From Minisyncoccota bacterium (lineage in GTDB: Bacteria; Patescibacteriota; Microgenomatia; UBA1400; PJMF01), in contig JABHWM010000005.1 in NCBI GenBank assembly GCA_018657765.1, positions 65,138-129,137 of the forward strand: DNA of 64,000 bases. The letters are read 5' to 3'. Below the pieces are notes generated by a model. That model made no database searches. It saw nothing but the letters and a program-made list of their open reading frames with translations, and was not told the origin of the DNA. Below, piece by piece: positions 39,653 through 49,963 of the stretch. Made by a program: the position numbers and the translations under genes. How positions within the stretch are numbered: position 1 is the first letter of the stretch; each line of letters begins with the position of its first letter.

Positions 39653-40480
39653 ATGAATAATAAAATTACAGTAATCAGACCAAGACCTAAATGGCAACTA
39701 ATTAATATTCGTGAGATTTTAGAATTTTCAGAGCTTTTTTATATATTTTCTTGGAGAGATATTAAGGTTAGATATAAGCAAACTATTCTAGGTATATTGT
39801 GGGCTATTTTGCAACCCTTGTTGTCGATGATAATATTTACTATTTTCTTTGGAAATTTTGCAAAAATTCCATCAGACGGGCTTCCTTATCCTGTCTTTGT
39901 ATTATTAGGTCTTATTTTTTGGGGGTATTTTTCCAGCTCTCTTTCAAGAGCATCTACTGTGTTTATAGATAATGAAAACCTTATAAAAAAAGTATATTTC
40001 CCAAGAGAGATATTGCTATTTTCAACAGTTATAACTGCCTTCATTGATTTTTTAATTAGCTTTTTCTTATTTATAATAGTAGCTCTTTTTTATAACATTC
40101 CATTTAATTTTCTATTTTTAAGTATGGTTTTTTTATCAATTTTAATTTCTGCATTGGCTAGTACTGGACTAGGGTTACTGGTTGCTTCAATAAATATTAA
40201 ATATAGAGATGTTAGGTATATTATTCCTTTTTTTCTTCAACTAATGATTTTTATTACACCAGTTATCTACCCTTTAAGCATTGTTAGACCATCTTTTCAA
40301 TTTGTTTTGTCAATGAATCCAATGGCTGGAGTTATAAATTCTCTTAGATCTTCCCTTGCCACAAATTCAATTTCTGATAAAAATAGTTTATTTATATCAA
40401 TATTATCTTCCCTAATTATATTTCTAATTGGAATGATCTATTTTAGAAAAACAGAACGTTATTTTGCGGATTTAATATGA
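39653..40480 (+). CDS. wzm: ABC-2 polysaccharide exporter permease
   Basis: RDIKVRYKQT.LG.LWA.LQPL, LIKKVYFPR, KYRDV, TPVIYP, NPM, E.YFAD.I. Confidence 0.93.
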   Translation: MNNKITVIRPRPKWQLINIREILEFSELFYIFSWRDIKVRYKQTILGILWAILQPLLSMIIFTIFFGNFAKIPSDGLPYPVFVLLGLIFWGYFSSSLSRASTVFIDNENLIKKVYFPREILLFSTVITAFIDFLISFFLFIIVALFYNIPFNFLFLSMVFLSILISALASTGLGLLVASINIKYRDVRYIIPFFLQLMIFITPVIYPLSIVRPSFQFVLSMNPMAGVINSLRSSLATNSISDKNSLFISILSSLIIFLIGMIYFRKTERYFADLI

Positions 40481-41697
40481 AAAAAATTATTGAAGTAAAG
40501 AACATTTCAAAAAAATATAAAATTGGTGAAAATAAGCCATATTTAACATTACGTGATTCAATATCAAGCTTTTTTACAAATTTTTTTAATAAAAACAAAG
40601 AAGATAAATTACAAAAAGATGAATTTTGGGCATTAAAAGATATTAGTTTTACGGTAAATCAGGGTGATGTTGTTGGAATAATTGGAAAAAATGGTGCTGG
40701 AAAAAGCACATTACTAAAAATTTTATCAAGAATTACAACTCCTACTTCTGGAGAAATTAAAATGAGAGGAAGAGTTGGTAGTCTCTTGGAGGTTGGAACC
40801 GGTTTTCAACAAGAATTAACTGGAAGAGAAAACATTTTTTTAAATGGATCTATTTTAGGAATGAAACAAAAAGAAATAAGTAAAAAATTTGCTGAAATAG
40901 TTGATTTTGCTGAAATAAGCAAGTTTATAGATACCCCAGTAAAACATTATAGCTCTGGAATGTATATGAGATTAGCATTTTCAATAGCTGCTCACTTGGA
41001 ACCAGAAATATTAATCATTGATGAAGTTTTAGCAGTTGGAGATCAACAATTTCAAAAAAAATGTCTTGGAAAAATAGAAGACATATCTTCCAAGGAAGGA
41101 AGAACTGTTTTATTTGTAAGTCATAATATGACAGCTATTGAATCACTATGTAAGTCAATTATTCTGCTTGAAAATGGTAAAATAATTAAAAATAAAAATA
41201 AAAATAAACAAATTTATGATTATTCGAGGATTGCAAGAAATAGCTATAAGAAAGATTTGAAAATCAAAAATTCTTTAAAAATAGAAAATGTGAAACTATC
41301 ACCCAAAAAAATAAGCTGTGGAGATAGTACTTCTTTTTTTCTTAAAATATCTTCTCTAAAAAAAACAAAAATAAATGATATTTGTTTGATAATTTCAAAT
41401 AGTCTTGGATCTAGGGTTGGAATTGTAGACCTAAGAAATGTAAATAATTACCCACTGAATGTAGGTGAAAAAATATCTTTTAATGGAGAAATTAATAATG
41501 TAAACTTAATAGAAGGAAATTATGATGTTTCATTATATATAAAATACGACAATATTAATGAAGAACATTTGTTTAATTTAGATAAGTTTTTTGTGGAATA
41601 CAAAAAAAAACGACCAGGGTTATCCCAATATCAAGCAAGTGTCAGAGGCATCATTAATTTCAATGAAAAATTTAATTATAAAATAAATAAAAAATGA
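40477..41697 (+). CDS. wzt: ABC polysaccharide exporter ATPase with C-terminal extension
   Basis: GIIGKNGAGKST, LLEVGTGF..ELTGREN, YSSGM..RLAF, IDEVLAVGD, VSH; about 150-aa C-terminal beta-rich domain. Confidence 0.95.
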   Translation: MKKIIEVKNISKKYKIGENKPYLTLRDSISSFFTNFFNKNKEDKLQKDEFWALKDISFTVNQGDVVGIIGKNGAGKSTLLKILSRITTPTSGEIKMRGRVGSLLEVGTGFQQELTGRENIFLNGSILGMKQKEISKKFAEIVDFAEISKFIDTPVKHYSSGMYMRLAFSIAAHLEPEILIIDEVLAVGDQQFQKKCLGKIEDISSKEGRTVLFVSHNMTAIESLCKSIILLENGKIIKNKNKNKQIYDYSRIARNSYKKDLKIKNSLKIENVKLSPKKISCGDSTSFFLKISSLKKTKINDICLIISNSLGSRVGIVDLRNVNNYPLNVGEKISFNGEINNVNLIEGNYDVSLYIKYDNINEEHLFNLDKFFVEYKKKRPGLSQYQASVRGIINFNEKFNYKINKK

Positions 41698-42566
41698 TAA
41701 AAAAAATTCTCTCACCACTTCATTATTCTTTTGTTTTTGTAAAAAATAATTTTTTACAAAAATATAAAACAATAATATATTTTTTTATTAAAAAAACTAA
41801 TAGAATAATAAATATAAAAATTAATTTTAAAAAAATAAAACTTTATTCAAGTGGTCAAATTGCAGAACTCCTATACACATCTGAGTTTGAAAAAGATATT
41901 TTAAGCATATATTCAAAGTATTTGAAAAAAGGAGATATTATAATAGATGTTGGCGCCAATATAGGTCTTTATTCAATTATTGCAGAAAAGTTTATTGGTA
42001 AAAATGGAAAAATTTATGCCTTTGAACCTTCTGAAGAAGTTTTTTTAAAGTTCAAAAAAAATATTAAATTAAATAATTCAAAAATAATAAACTTAAATAA
42101 AAAAGCTGTTTCAAAAAAAAATGGGAAAGTTGCACTAGTAGTAGATAAATTACTTGGAGATGGATATTCATATATTTCTAAAAATAAATTATTTTTAGAT
42201 ACATACAGTCATGTAGAGTCGATAACATTAGATTATTTCTTTAAAAGAAATAATCTTAAAAAAGTAAATTTCATTAAAATAGATGTAGAGGGTGGAGAAC
42301 TATCTGTTTTAGAGGGAGCCAAAAATATCTTATTAAGCAATAAAAAGCTTGTTATTCTTCTAGAAAACTCAAATGAGGGATTAAAAAGATTCGGTAATAA
42401 TCAAAAAGATCTATACTTATTTTTAAAAAATATGGGTTTTAAAATAGCAGCATGGGATAATAATTCAAAAAAATGGACTAATAAAATTTCTCAAACTAAA
42501 AAAATAGGAAATATTTGGGCTTATAAAGGAAATATGAAAGAAAGTATTTTTGATTTAAAACCCTAG
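41694..42566 (+). CDS. FkbM-family methyltransferase
   Basis: IDVGANIGLY, YAFEP, TLD, FIKIDVEGGE..VL.G. Confidence 0.92.
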   Translation: MIKKILSPLHYSFVFVKNNFLQKYKTIIYFFIKKTNRIINIKINFKKIKLYSSGQIAELLYTSEFEKDILSIYSKYLKKGDIIIDVGANIGLYSIIAEKFIGKNGKIYAFEPSEEVFLKFKKNIKLNNSKIINLNKKAVSKKNGKVALVVDKLLGDGYSYISKNKLFLDTYSHVESITLDYFFKRNNLKKVNFIKIDVEGGELSVLEGAKNILLSNKKLVILLENSNEGLKRFGNNQKDLYLFLKNMGFKIAAWDNNSKKWTNKISQTKKIGNIWAYKGNMKESIFDLKP

Positions 42567-42569
42567 ACT

Positions 42570-44207
42570 ATGAAAAAAATAAAAGCAATAGTTCTATGTG
42601 CTGGTAAAGCAAATAGAGAAATACAATCCACAATTTCTACCTCTATTAACTCTTTAGCACCAATTAATGGCAAACCAGTCATTGGTTGGATAATTGATGA
42701 TTTGCTATCAAAAAAAATAGAAACAATTACCATTGTTATAAACAAAAATCAAAATAAAATAAAAAGATATATCACTAGTGCTTATAAAATGGAATCTATT
42801 TCAGTTGAAACTACTCATGGTTCTAATATAAATCAATCAATTAAAGATGGCTTAAAAAAAGATCTAAAAAAAGACAGAGTTTTAGTAATATTAGGTGATA
42901 CTTTAATTAATGAAAAAACTCTAAATTTAAAAGAAAGTTGTGCCTTTATATCGTTAGTTGATAACCCAAAAAAATGGTGTGTTATAGAAACAGATAATTT
43001 AGGTTATATAGTTAAATATACAAATAAAATAAACTCACTTTCTATAAAAAAAAGTAAAGCGCTTGCTGGTTATTATTATTTTTCTAGCAGTAAAGATTTA
43101 AATTTAGCTGTTAATAAAACCATTAGCAATAAACTGGAAAATATTAGCGATGTTTTAATGGAATATAGTAAAAAGAATAAAATAAAGGCAATATCAACTA
43201 AGAATTGGTTTGACTTTGGAAATATTGAAAACTTTTTAAAAGCAAAGAGAGAATTATTTTTACCTAGATTTTTTAATTCAATAAGAGTTAATAGTAATTT
43301 AAATATTCTTTATAAAAAAAGCTCCAATATCAAAAAATTAGAAGATGAATACAACTGGTATAAAAAAATACCAAAAAACCTACAACCATTCACTCCAAGA
43401 ATCATTTCTTTTGTGAAGAAGATAAAAAGTGCAGAAATAACTCAAGAGTACTATGGATATCCAACTCTTTCAGAATTATTTATATTTAGTGATTTTGATG
43501 CTGAAATGTGGAAAATTATTATTAAAAAAATATTAATGGTTCATGAAGAATTCAGAAAAAACAAAAATAAAATAAATAAAAATCAAATAAATAAAATGTA
43601 TTATTTGAAAACAATTAATAGATTAGAAAAATCAAAAATAAATAAAGATAACAAAAAAATAATAGAAGAAAAAACACTAATTTTAAATAATAAAAAGTTA
43701 AGGGGATATTTGGAGTTAAAAAAGGATATTTATAAATATTCTAATAAATTGTCAGAAAATTTAGAAAGCAGCATTATTCATGGTGATTTTTGTTTTTCAA
43801 ATATTTTATTTGATTTTTCAAGTCAAATAGTAAAATTAATAGATCCTAGAGGTAGTTTTGGAAATAAATCTATATTTGGCGACCCACGGTATGACATAGC
43901 AAAATTAAGACATAGCTTGTCTGGAGGATATGATTATATAAAATCAAACATGTTTGTTTTAAAAAAGCTAGGTGATAGTTTTTCATTAAAAATTGATAAA
44001 AATAAAAAACTAGATGACTTATCAAGTTACTTTGATATGCAAATATCAAAAAACGGATATAATAAAAGGGAAATAAAATTCATTGAAGGAATATTATTTT
44101 TATCAATGGTTCCACTACATGATGATAAACCAGACCATCAGTTAGCCTTTTATTTAATTGGAGTTGAAATATTAAATGAAGTATTTAGTTATGGAAAGTC
44201 TATATGA
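42570..44207 (+). CDS. nucleotidyltransferase-like + APH/choline-kinase-like fusion (capsule-locus type)
   Basis: N-terminal IVLCAG, PINGKP, ILGDT, WFDFG; C-terminal HGDFCFSNI, LIDPRG.FG, GDPRYDIAKL.HS. Confidence 0.8.
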   Translation: MKKIKAIVLCAGKANREIQSTISTSINSLAPINGKPVIGWIIDDLLSKKIETITIVINKNQNKIKRYITSAYKMESISVETTHGSNINQSIKDGLKKDLKKDRVLVILGDTLINEKTLNLKESCAFISLVDNPKKWCVIETDNLGYIVKYTNKINSLSIKKSKALAGYYYFSSSKDLNLAVNKTISNKLENISDVLMEYSKKNKIKAISTKNWFDFGNIENFLKAKRELFLPRFFNSIRVNSNLNILYKKSSNIKKLEDEYNWYKKIPKNLQPFTPRIISFVKKIKSAEITQEYYGYPTLSELFIFSDFDAEMWKIIIKKILMVHEEFRKNKNKINKNQINKMYYLKTINRLEKSKINKDNKKIIEEKTLILNNKKLRGYLELKKDIYKYSNKLSENLESSIIHGDFCFSNILFDFSSQIVKLIDPRGSFGNKSIFGDPRYDIAKLRHSLSGGYDYIKSNMFVLKKLGDSFSLKIDKNKKLDDLSSYFDMQISKNGYNKREIKFIEGILFLSMVPLHDDKPDHQLAFYLIGVEILNEVFSYGKSI

Positions 44208-44563
44208 GAATAATTATTGATCTAGACGGAGTAATTTGTCCAATAAAGCTCCCTAATCAGACTTATGGAGAACTGAAACCAATCTATGGCTCAATTAAAA
44301 AAATTAAGAAATTAAAAAAAGAAGGTCATCATATAATAATTAATACTGCCAGAAATATGGCAACGCAAAAAAGCAATATTGGATTAGTTAATAAAAATAT
44401 CACTCTAATAACTTTAAAATGGCTGGAAAAATATAAGGTAGAATTTGATGAAATATTTTTTGGAAAACCTAATGGAGATGTTTACATTGACGACAGAGCA
44501 CTAAAATTTGATGGTTGGGAAACCATAACCACTAGAAATTTAGAAAAAGAATTTAAGAAATAA
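44204..44563 (+). CDS. HAD-family capsule biosynthesis phosphatase (EcbF/BcbF-like)
   Basis: IDLDGVIC, TARNM, WL.K..V.FDEI.FGKP..D.YIDDRA. Confidence 0.88.
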   Translation: MRIIIDLDGVICPIKLPNQTYGELKPIYGSIKKIKKLKKEGHHIIINTARNMATQKSNIGLVNKNITLITLKWLEKYKVEFDEIFFGKPNGDVYIDDRALKFDGWETITTRNLEKEFKK

Positions 44564-45277
44564 ATGAAAATAATAATGCCAATGGCTGGGCTGGGATCTA
44601 GGTTTAAAAATAGTGACTATTCATTGCCAAAACCACTAATAATGGTTGAAGATAAGCCGATGTTTTTAAAATCATTAGAAAGCATAGATGGAATTAACTA
44701 TTCAGACATATATTTTATTGTTAAAAGGGAACATGACCTAAAACATGCTATTTCAGATATAATTAAAAAAAATGTTCCTAATTCTCATGTTTTTTTAGTA
44801 GATGATACTCCAAATGGACAGTTGATGTCTATTTTATCAATTGAAGAAAAAATTAATAAAGATGAAGACTTATTAATTATTAGCTCGGATACATTAGTTG
44901 TATCTAATTTAAAAAAGAAAGTTTTAAGTTTACCAGAAAGTTATAAGGGATTAATATCGCTCATAAACAAAAAAGGTGATCAGTGGAGCTTTGCAAAAAT
45001 AAATAGTTCTGGAGATGTAACTGAAGTTGCAGAAAAGAAGAGAATATCTAGTTTAGCCAGTACTGGAATATATTATTTTAAAAATGGGAAAGAATTTGTA
45101 AAATTATCTAAAAAAATAATAAAGAAAAAAATAAAAGTAAATGATGAATATTATGTAATGCCAGTATACCAAGAATATATAAATGCTAAATTTAAAATTA
45201 GCTCATCAATTGCCAAAGAAATGTGGGATATGGGAACTCCAAAATCATTAAAAGAATTTTTAAATAAAAAACAATGA
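44564..45277 (+). CDS. sugar nucleotidyltransferase (BcbE-like)
   Basis: IMPMAGLGSRF....LPKPLI, WSFA, VAEK..IS..ASTGIYYF, EYYV.PVY, MGTP. Confidence 0.85.
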   Translation: MKIIMPMAGLGSRFKNSDYSLPKPLIMVEDKPMFLKSLESIDGINYSDIYFIVKREHDLKHAISDIIKKNVPNSHVFLVDDTPNGQLMSILSIEEKINKDEDLLIISSDTLVVSNLKKKVLSLPESYKGLISLINKKGDQWSFAKINSSGDVTEVAEKKRISSLASTGIYYFKNGKEFVKLSKKIIKKKIKVNDEYYVMPVYQEYINAKFKISSSIAKEMWDMGTPKSLKEFLNKKQ

Positions 45278-46362
45278 TTAAAATAGCTATTCAAAACATC
45301 CACTTGGCTCCAAATATTTTTGACATAGGAATTCATGATTATATTTTAGAATTTATAAAAAATGGATATGCTCCATATATTTATTTTGAAGGTCTTTCTT
45401 TTAGAGAAAAAATATCAATTACTAACTCTCTAATAAGAGGAAATCACTCTAAAATTAGTTTAAAAAAAATAGAACCAATCTTCAATATTAATGAATTAAA
45501 TAGTAAGTGTGATGTTTTATTAAATTTTAATACTTATACAAAAGACCATGATTTTACTAAAAATATAAAAAAATTCAATGGGTTGAAAATTTGGCATGTA
45601 GGAGATTACTTTTGGAATGAGCCAGCAAGTGATATAAATAAAAGATTTGAAAAATTTGGAATAGATTATTTATTTGGATATTCATCTCATGATAAGTATT
45701 GCAAATATTTTCAAAAAACTTTTCCTAAATACATAGATAAAGTTTTACCAATTCCATTTGGATATCAAAAAAGATTTAAAGAAGTAAACTCCTTTAAAAA
45801 TAGAATAAATAAGTGTATTGCTCTTGGGAGTGTGAATCCACTTCGTCCACTAAATTACCCTGTGAATAACTATATAGAGTCAGCAGATTTTTTCCCAGAC
45901 GATCAATGGTTTCATAAGTTCCGAAGAAAAATAGTACTGAATAAAAATTATTTGGGAGGTGAAATTGATTCTATGCTTCCAGAATTTCCAAAAATAAAAA
46001 ACTTTGATTACGACTTAGTTGAAAAACTAAATAATTACAAGATGTTTACTTCATGTGAAAGCATATTTAATTTTCCTCCAGCAAAAACTTTTGAAGGAAT
46101 TGCTTCTGGCTCTGTTTTAATTTGCAGTGATCATGAGTGCAATAAAGAATATGGTTTTGTTGATGGCATTAACTGTGTAATGTATAAAAAACATAATATT
46201 ACTGATTTTAGAAAAAAAATAAGATATTATCAAAGTCATGAAAAAGAACTAATAAATATTAAAATAAATGGAAAAAAGCATGTAACAAAAAACTATAACC
46301 ATGTTTCAATATCAAAAAATATGTATAAGCAAATAAAAAATACTTGGAATAAAAAAAGTTAA
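45274..46362 (+). CDS. putative glycosyltransferase (Glyco_trans_1_2/CgeB-like C-terminus)
   Basis: C-terminal K.FE..A.G.VL, F.DG.NC..Y and G...V...Y.H pattern. Confidence 0.6.
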   Translation: MIKIAIQNIHLAPNIFDIGIHDYILEFIKNGYAPYIYFEGLSFREKISITNSLIRGNHSKISLKKIEPIFNINELNSKCDVLLNFNTYTKDHDFTKNIKKFNGLKIWHVGDYFWNEPASDINKRFEKFGIDYLFGYSSHDKYCKYFQKTFPKYIDKVLPIPFGYQKRFKEVNSFKNRINKCIALGSVNPLRPLNYPVNNYIESADFFPDDQWFHKFRRKIVLNKNYLGGEIDSMLPEFPKIKNFDYDLVEKLNNYKMFTSCESIFNFPPAKTFEGIASGSVLICSDHECNKEYGFVDGINCVMYKKHNITDFRKKIRYYQSHEKELINIKINGKKHVTKNYNHVSISKNMYKQIKNTWNKKS

Positions 46363-46365
46363 ACA

Positions 46366-48129
46366 ATGATCAAATTATTTTTTTACAAAATCACAGAATT
46401 TATAAAAATAGAAAATAAAAAATATTTTCTCTATCATTTTTTTATTAGAAATCTATCAATGGAGCCTTGGCAACATTTTTATAAAACATTAAAAAAATCA
46501 AGATTGAATAAAATTGAAATTACAAATTTAAATAACAAAAAAAAACCAATAATTGTATTTTCAGCATGCCAAAATAAAAAGAACAAGGGAGATTCTAAGT
46601 TTAATGGTGGTATTAAATTACAAAATCTATGGGTTAAAATTCTCAGAGATCATGGATATGATGCTTATATAATGACATATGATGGGAAACATGCTAATTG
46701 GTTGATAGATCACCAACCACACATATCTTATAAAAGATTATCTAATTTAAAAAATAATCATGAAAATATTCACTATGTAACAACTTGGTTAAATGCTGAT
46801 TCATTCATTAACTTAGCTGATAAAATTTATTATTTTGATGCAGAGATCTCACACACTTTATCATCACAAAGGGAAGTACTTAGAAAACTTTTTAAAAAAA
46901 ATAAAATTATCAAGGTTGGTACTCATTCAAAAACTCAAGTTGGATGGTATTTACAAAACCAAAATTTATCACCAAACTTTATAAATGAGTGGTCTGATAT
47001 AAAAATTTGGAAACAAAATAGCAATAAGAGGGTTTTGGGTAAAATTGGATACATGAACGAAGAAAAGAACACTAAAACTGAAATTAACGAGATAAAACAA
47101 GTTTGTGAATTACACGGAATTGACGTAGATTTTATTGAAATAAATGGAGATGAAAAAAAAGTTATTTCCCAAATGCAATCATGTGATATTTTCTTGGGAA
47201 TGAATCAAGGAAAAAACATACTGTGGGGAGAAGGTTGCCCAAGATCTCAGCAAGAAGCCATGCATACTGGTTGTGCTGTTATAGCCTATGATGTAATTGG
47301 AAATAGAGAATACATCTTTGATGACATAACTGGATGTATGATTGAAAATAAAAGATCAGACTTAATGGCTTTAAAAATAATTGAGATAATAAATAATAAA
47401 AAATTTAAAGAAAAAATTAGAAAAAATGGCTACGAATTTATAAAGAATGTATTTTCTGAAAATGGTAAAATTAAATTATTGGAGAAATTTTTAGATTTAG
47501 AAAAAGAAGAAGAGGATAAATATGTTGCAAATCTAGATGAGTTGAAATTTGTTTTCAAATCAGCTATTTTTCTAACAGATTCAGAAGTTAGAAGTCTTCA
47601 AAAATATGCAAAAAAAACAAAAGGTAGTATCCTAGAAATAGGAGCAGCCTATGGAGCTTCATCTTCATTGCTTCTTGCGCATTCATCTGAAAATAAGAAA
47701 GTATTTTCAATTGATCCATTCATTAAAGACTCAGAAGGCCTATTCAAAGCAACTGCTAATAAATGTAAAAAAAACGTGAATAGATTCTTAAAAAATGTTA
47801 ATCTTGAAAAAAAATATAAAAATTGGCAATTAATTGAAAAATACAGTGATGATGCTGTTAAAAATTGGAAAAGGAAGATTGGATTATTATTTATAGATGG
47901 TAATCATAAATATGATTTTGTCAAAAATGATTTTGAAAATTGGATAAAATTTATCCCAAAGGATGGATATATACTAATACATGATTCTTGTAATAAAAAC
48001 TTAATAAATAAAAATAAATATAAGTTTGGTTGGTATGGACCATCAAAACTAGCTAAAGAACTTAGAAGTGATAAAAGAGTTAAATTAATTGAGGAATCAT
48101 CATCTCTATCAATTTGGAAAAAGAAATAA
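46366..48129 (+). CDS. GT4-like glycosyltransferase fused to a class I SAM methyltransferase (Methyltransf_24-like)
   Basis: N-terminal NGG.K, EGCP....EAM..GC.VI; C-terminal ILEIGAAYGAS, SIDP, LLFIDGNH.Y..V..D, G.I.IHD. Confidence 0.8.
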   Translation: MIKLFFYKITEFIKIENKKYFLYHFFIRNLSMEPWQHFYKTLKKSRLNKIEITNLNNKKKPIIVFSACQNKKNKGDSKFNGGIKLQNLWVKILRDHGYDAYIMTYDGKHANWLIDHQPHISYKRLSNLKNNHENIHYVTTWLNADSFINLADKIYYFDAEISHTLSSQREVLRKLFKKNKIIKVGTHSKTQVGWYLQNQNLSPNFINEWSDIKIWKQNSNKRVLGKIGYMNEEKNTKTEINEIKQVCELHGIDVDFIEINGDEKKVISQMQSCDIFLGMNQGKNILWGEGCPRSQQEAMHTGCAVIAYDVIGNREYIFDDITGCMIENKRSDLMALKIIEIINNKKFKEKIRKNGYEFIKNVFSENGKIKLLEKFLDLEKEEEDKYVANLDELKFVFKSAIFLTDSEVRSLQKYAKKTKGSILEIGAAYGASSSLLLAHSSENKKVFSIDPFIKDSEGLFKATANKCKKNVNRFLKNVNLEKKYKNWQLIEKYSDDAVKNWKRKIGLLFIDGNHKYDFVKNDFENWIKFIPKDGYILIHDSCNKNLINKNKYKFGWYGPSKLAKELRSDKRVKLIEESSSLSIWKKK

Positions 48130-48869
48130 TGAGTAAAAATTTATCGATAATAACACTATCTAAAAATAATCATAAGCAGCTAAAAAAAACAATTGAAAGT
48201 ACTTTTTGTCTAAGAGAAAACGGAACAAAACAAATAGTAATTGATAGTAGCTCTAAAGAAACTTTTAAAAAAAATAAAATATATGTCTCGAATAAAAAAA
48301 ACTGTCTAATATTTTATCAAAAACCAAGTGGAATTTCTTCAGGATTCAACTATGGGATATCAAAAGTTAAAAAAGGATGGATATGGATACTCAATAGTGG
48401 TGATGATTCAATAATTGATTTAAAAACTAAACCCTTTTTAGAGATTCTTTTATCAAAAACAAAAGCAGGAGCAATTTTATTTGAAATTTTAATAGAGAAT
48501 AAAAGATATGTTAGGCCTCCTTTTTTTTCTCTTTGGCCACCAAATTTTAACTGGATTCCCCACCCAGGAAGTATTATTAATAAAAAAACTTATGATAAAG
48601 TTGGCAACTATGATAAAAAATATAAAATAGCCATGGATGGAGAATTCTGGTTTAGATTGCTTGGAAGCGATAAATTAACTATTGATATGATTTCTTTTCC
48701 AATTGCAAATTTTAAATTAGATGGAACTTCTTCAAAAAATCTAAAATTAAAAAATAAAGAAATACTTAGAATAAATTTTAAATATTTGCCTTTAATAATT
48801 AAGAGGTTTTTAAACCAGGTACTTCTTTTTATAAGAGTAAGTATTCAAAATATTAAATTATTTTTATGA
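48129..48869 (+). CDS. GT2 glycosyltransferase
   Basis: LSIIT, GIS..FN.G, LNSGD, PHP, Y.IAMD.EFW.R. ATG 48129 overlaps the previous stop. Confidence 0.82.
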   Translation: MSKNLSIITLSKNNHKQLKKTIESTFCLRENGTKQIVIDSSSKETFKKNKIYVSNKKNCLIFYQKPSGISSGFNYGISKVKKGWIWILNSGDDSIIDLKTKPFLEILLSKTKAGAILFEILIENKRYVRPPFFSLWPPNFNWIPHPGSIINKKTYDKVGNYDKKYKIAMDGEFWFRLLGSDKLTIDMISFPIANFKLDGTSSKNLKLKNKEILRINFKYLPLIIKRFLNQVLLFIRVSIQNIKLFL

Positions 48870-49963
48870 CAAAAATATTACTATTTGCAAACATAGGAAC
48901 TTTTGGTGGGACAAAAACACACCTAAAAAACTTATTAAATTATTATACTAATAAAAAGACTGATATTTGGATTGCATCTGACACATATGAAAATGTTTTA
49001 AAAGTACTAGATCAATTAAAGTTAAAAAAAATTAAAGTAATAAGAATTCCAAAAAAACCAAAAATTTTAGTATTTTTTTTTAATTACCTGATTCCCATTA
49101 ATATCTTATTTGATTTAATTATTGTAAAATTATTGATTATAAAAATAAAACCAAATTTTTTTATTGTAACTCCAGCATCATTAACTTGGTATATTTCATC
49201 CTCTATTATTGACTTAAGAAAAATATTTATAATACATTCATATCCAGAAAAAAAAATTTCTTCTATTTTTAAATTCTTATTAAAAATAAATAAACAAAAA
49301 ACAAAGATAATAACTGTATCTAAAGAATCTAAAAATAAAATAGTAAGGAATTGGGGAGTTAATTCTGATTATGTCTATAACCCTCCTGAAAAATATGTCT
49401 TAAAAAAATTAAAAAAAACCATAATCCTAACTTCAGGACATCTTGAATGGTATAAAGATCCAATGAGCTGGTTGGAGGTTGTAAAAAAGATATCTTTAGT
49501 TAAACCTGATATTAAATATAAATTTATTTGGATTGGATCTGGAAGCCTGAAAGATAAAGTAAAAAACTTAATAAAAAACCATAAATTACAAAAATACTGT
49601 GAAATCATTGATCCTAAGAAAGATCTTTCTTCACTTATTTCTAAAACTTACATATATTTTCAACCAAGTATAATTGAAAGTCAGGGAATAGTCGTTACAT
49701 CTGTTCAATATAATAAAATACCTGTTGTTTCAACAACAGCAGGAGGATTAAGTGAAATGGTAATTAATAATAAAACAGGACTTACTGTTAACCCCAAAGA
49801 TACTACAGCTATGGCTGAATCAATCATAAAAATGATAAATAACCCAAAAAAAGTGATTAAAATGGGTTTAGAAGGAAAAAAGCATATTGAAAAAATAGCA
49901 AGTGAACAAAATTGGAAGAATAGAATGGACTCCTTCCATAAATCAATGGATTTGGAAATATGA
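48866..49963 (+). CDS. GT4 glycosyltransferase
   Basis: GGT, VS, VYNP, GHL...K.P, WIGSG, QPS..ESQG, PVVST.AGG..E.V....TG. Confidence 0.85.
   Translation: MTKILLFANIGTFGGTKTHLKNLLNYYTNKKTDIWIASDTYENVLKVLDQLKLKKIKVIRIPKKPKILVFFFNYLIPINILFDLIIVKLLIIKIKPNFFIVTPASLTWYISSSIIDLRKIFIIHSYPEKKISSIFKFLLKINKQKTKIITVSKESKNKIVRNWGVNSDYVYNPPEKYVLKKLKKTIILTSGHLEWYKDPMSWLEVVKKISLVKPDIKYKFIWIGSGSLKDKVKNLIKNHKLQKYCEIIDPKKDLSSLISKTYIYFQPSIIESQGIVVTSVQYNKIPVVSTTAGGLSEMVINNKTGLTVNPKDTTAMAESIIKMINNPKKVIKMGLEGKKHIEKIASEQNWKNRMDSFHKSMDLEI

Noticed and set aside
41602..49081. A9/T9 homopolymers in wzt and a GT4 gene as phase-variation tracts
   Set aside because: The frames are intact, and such runs are expected in very AT-rich DNA.
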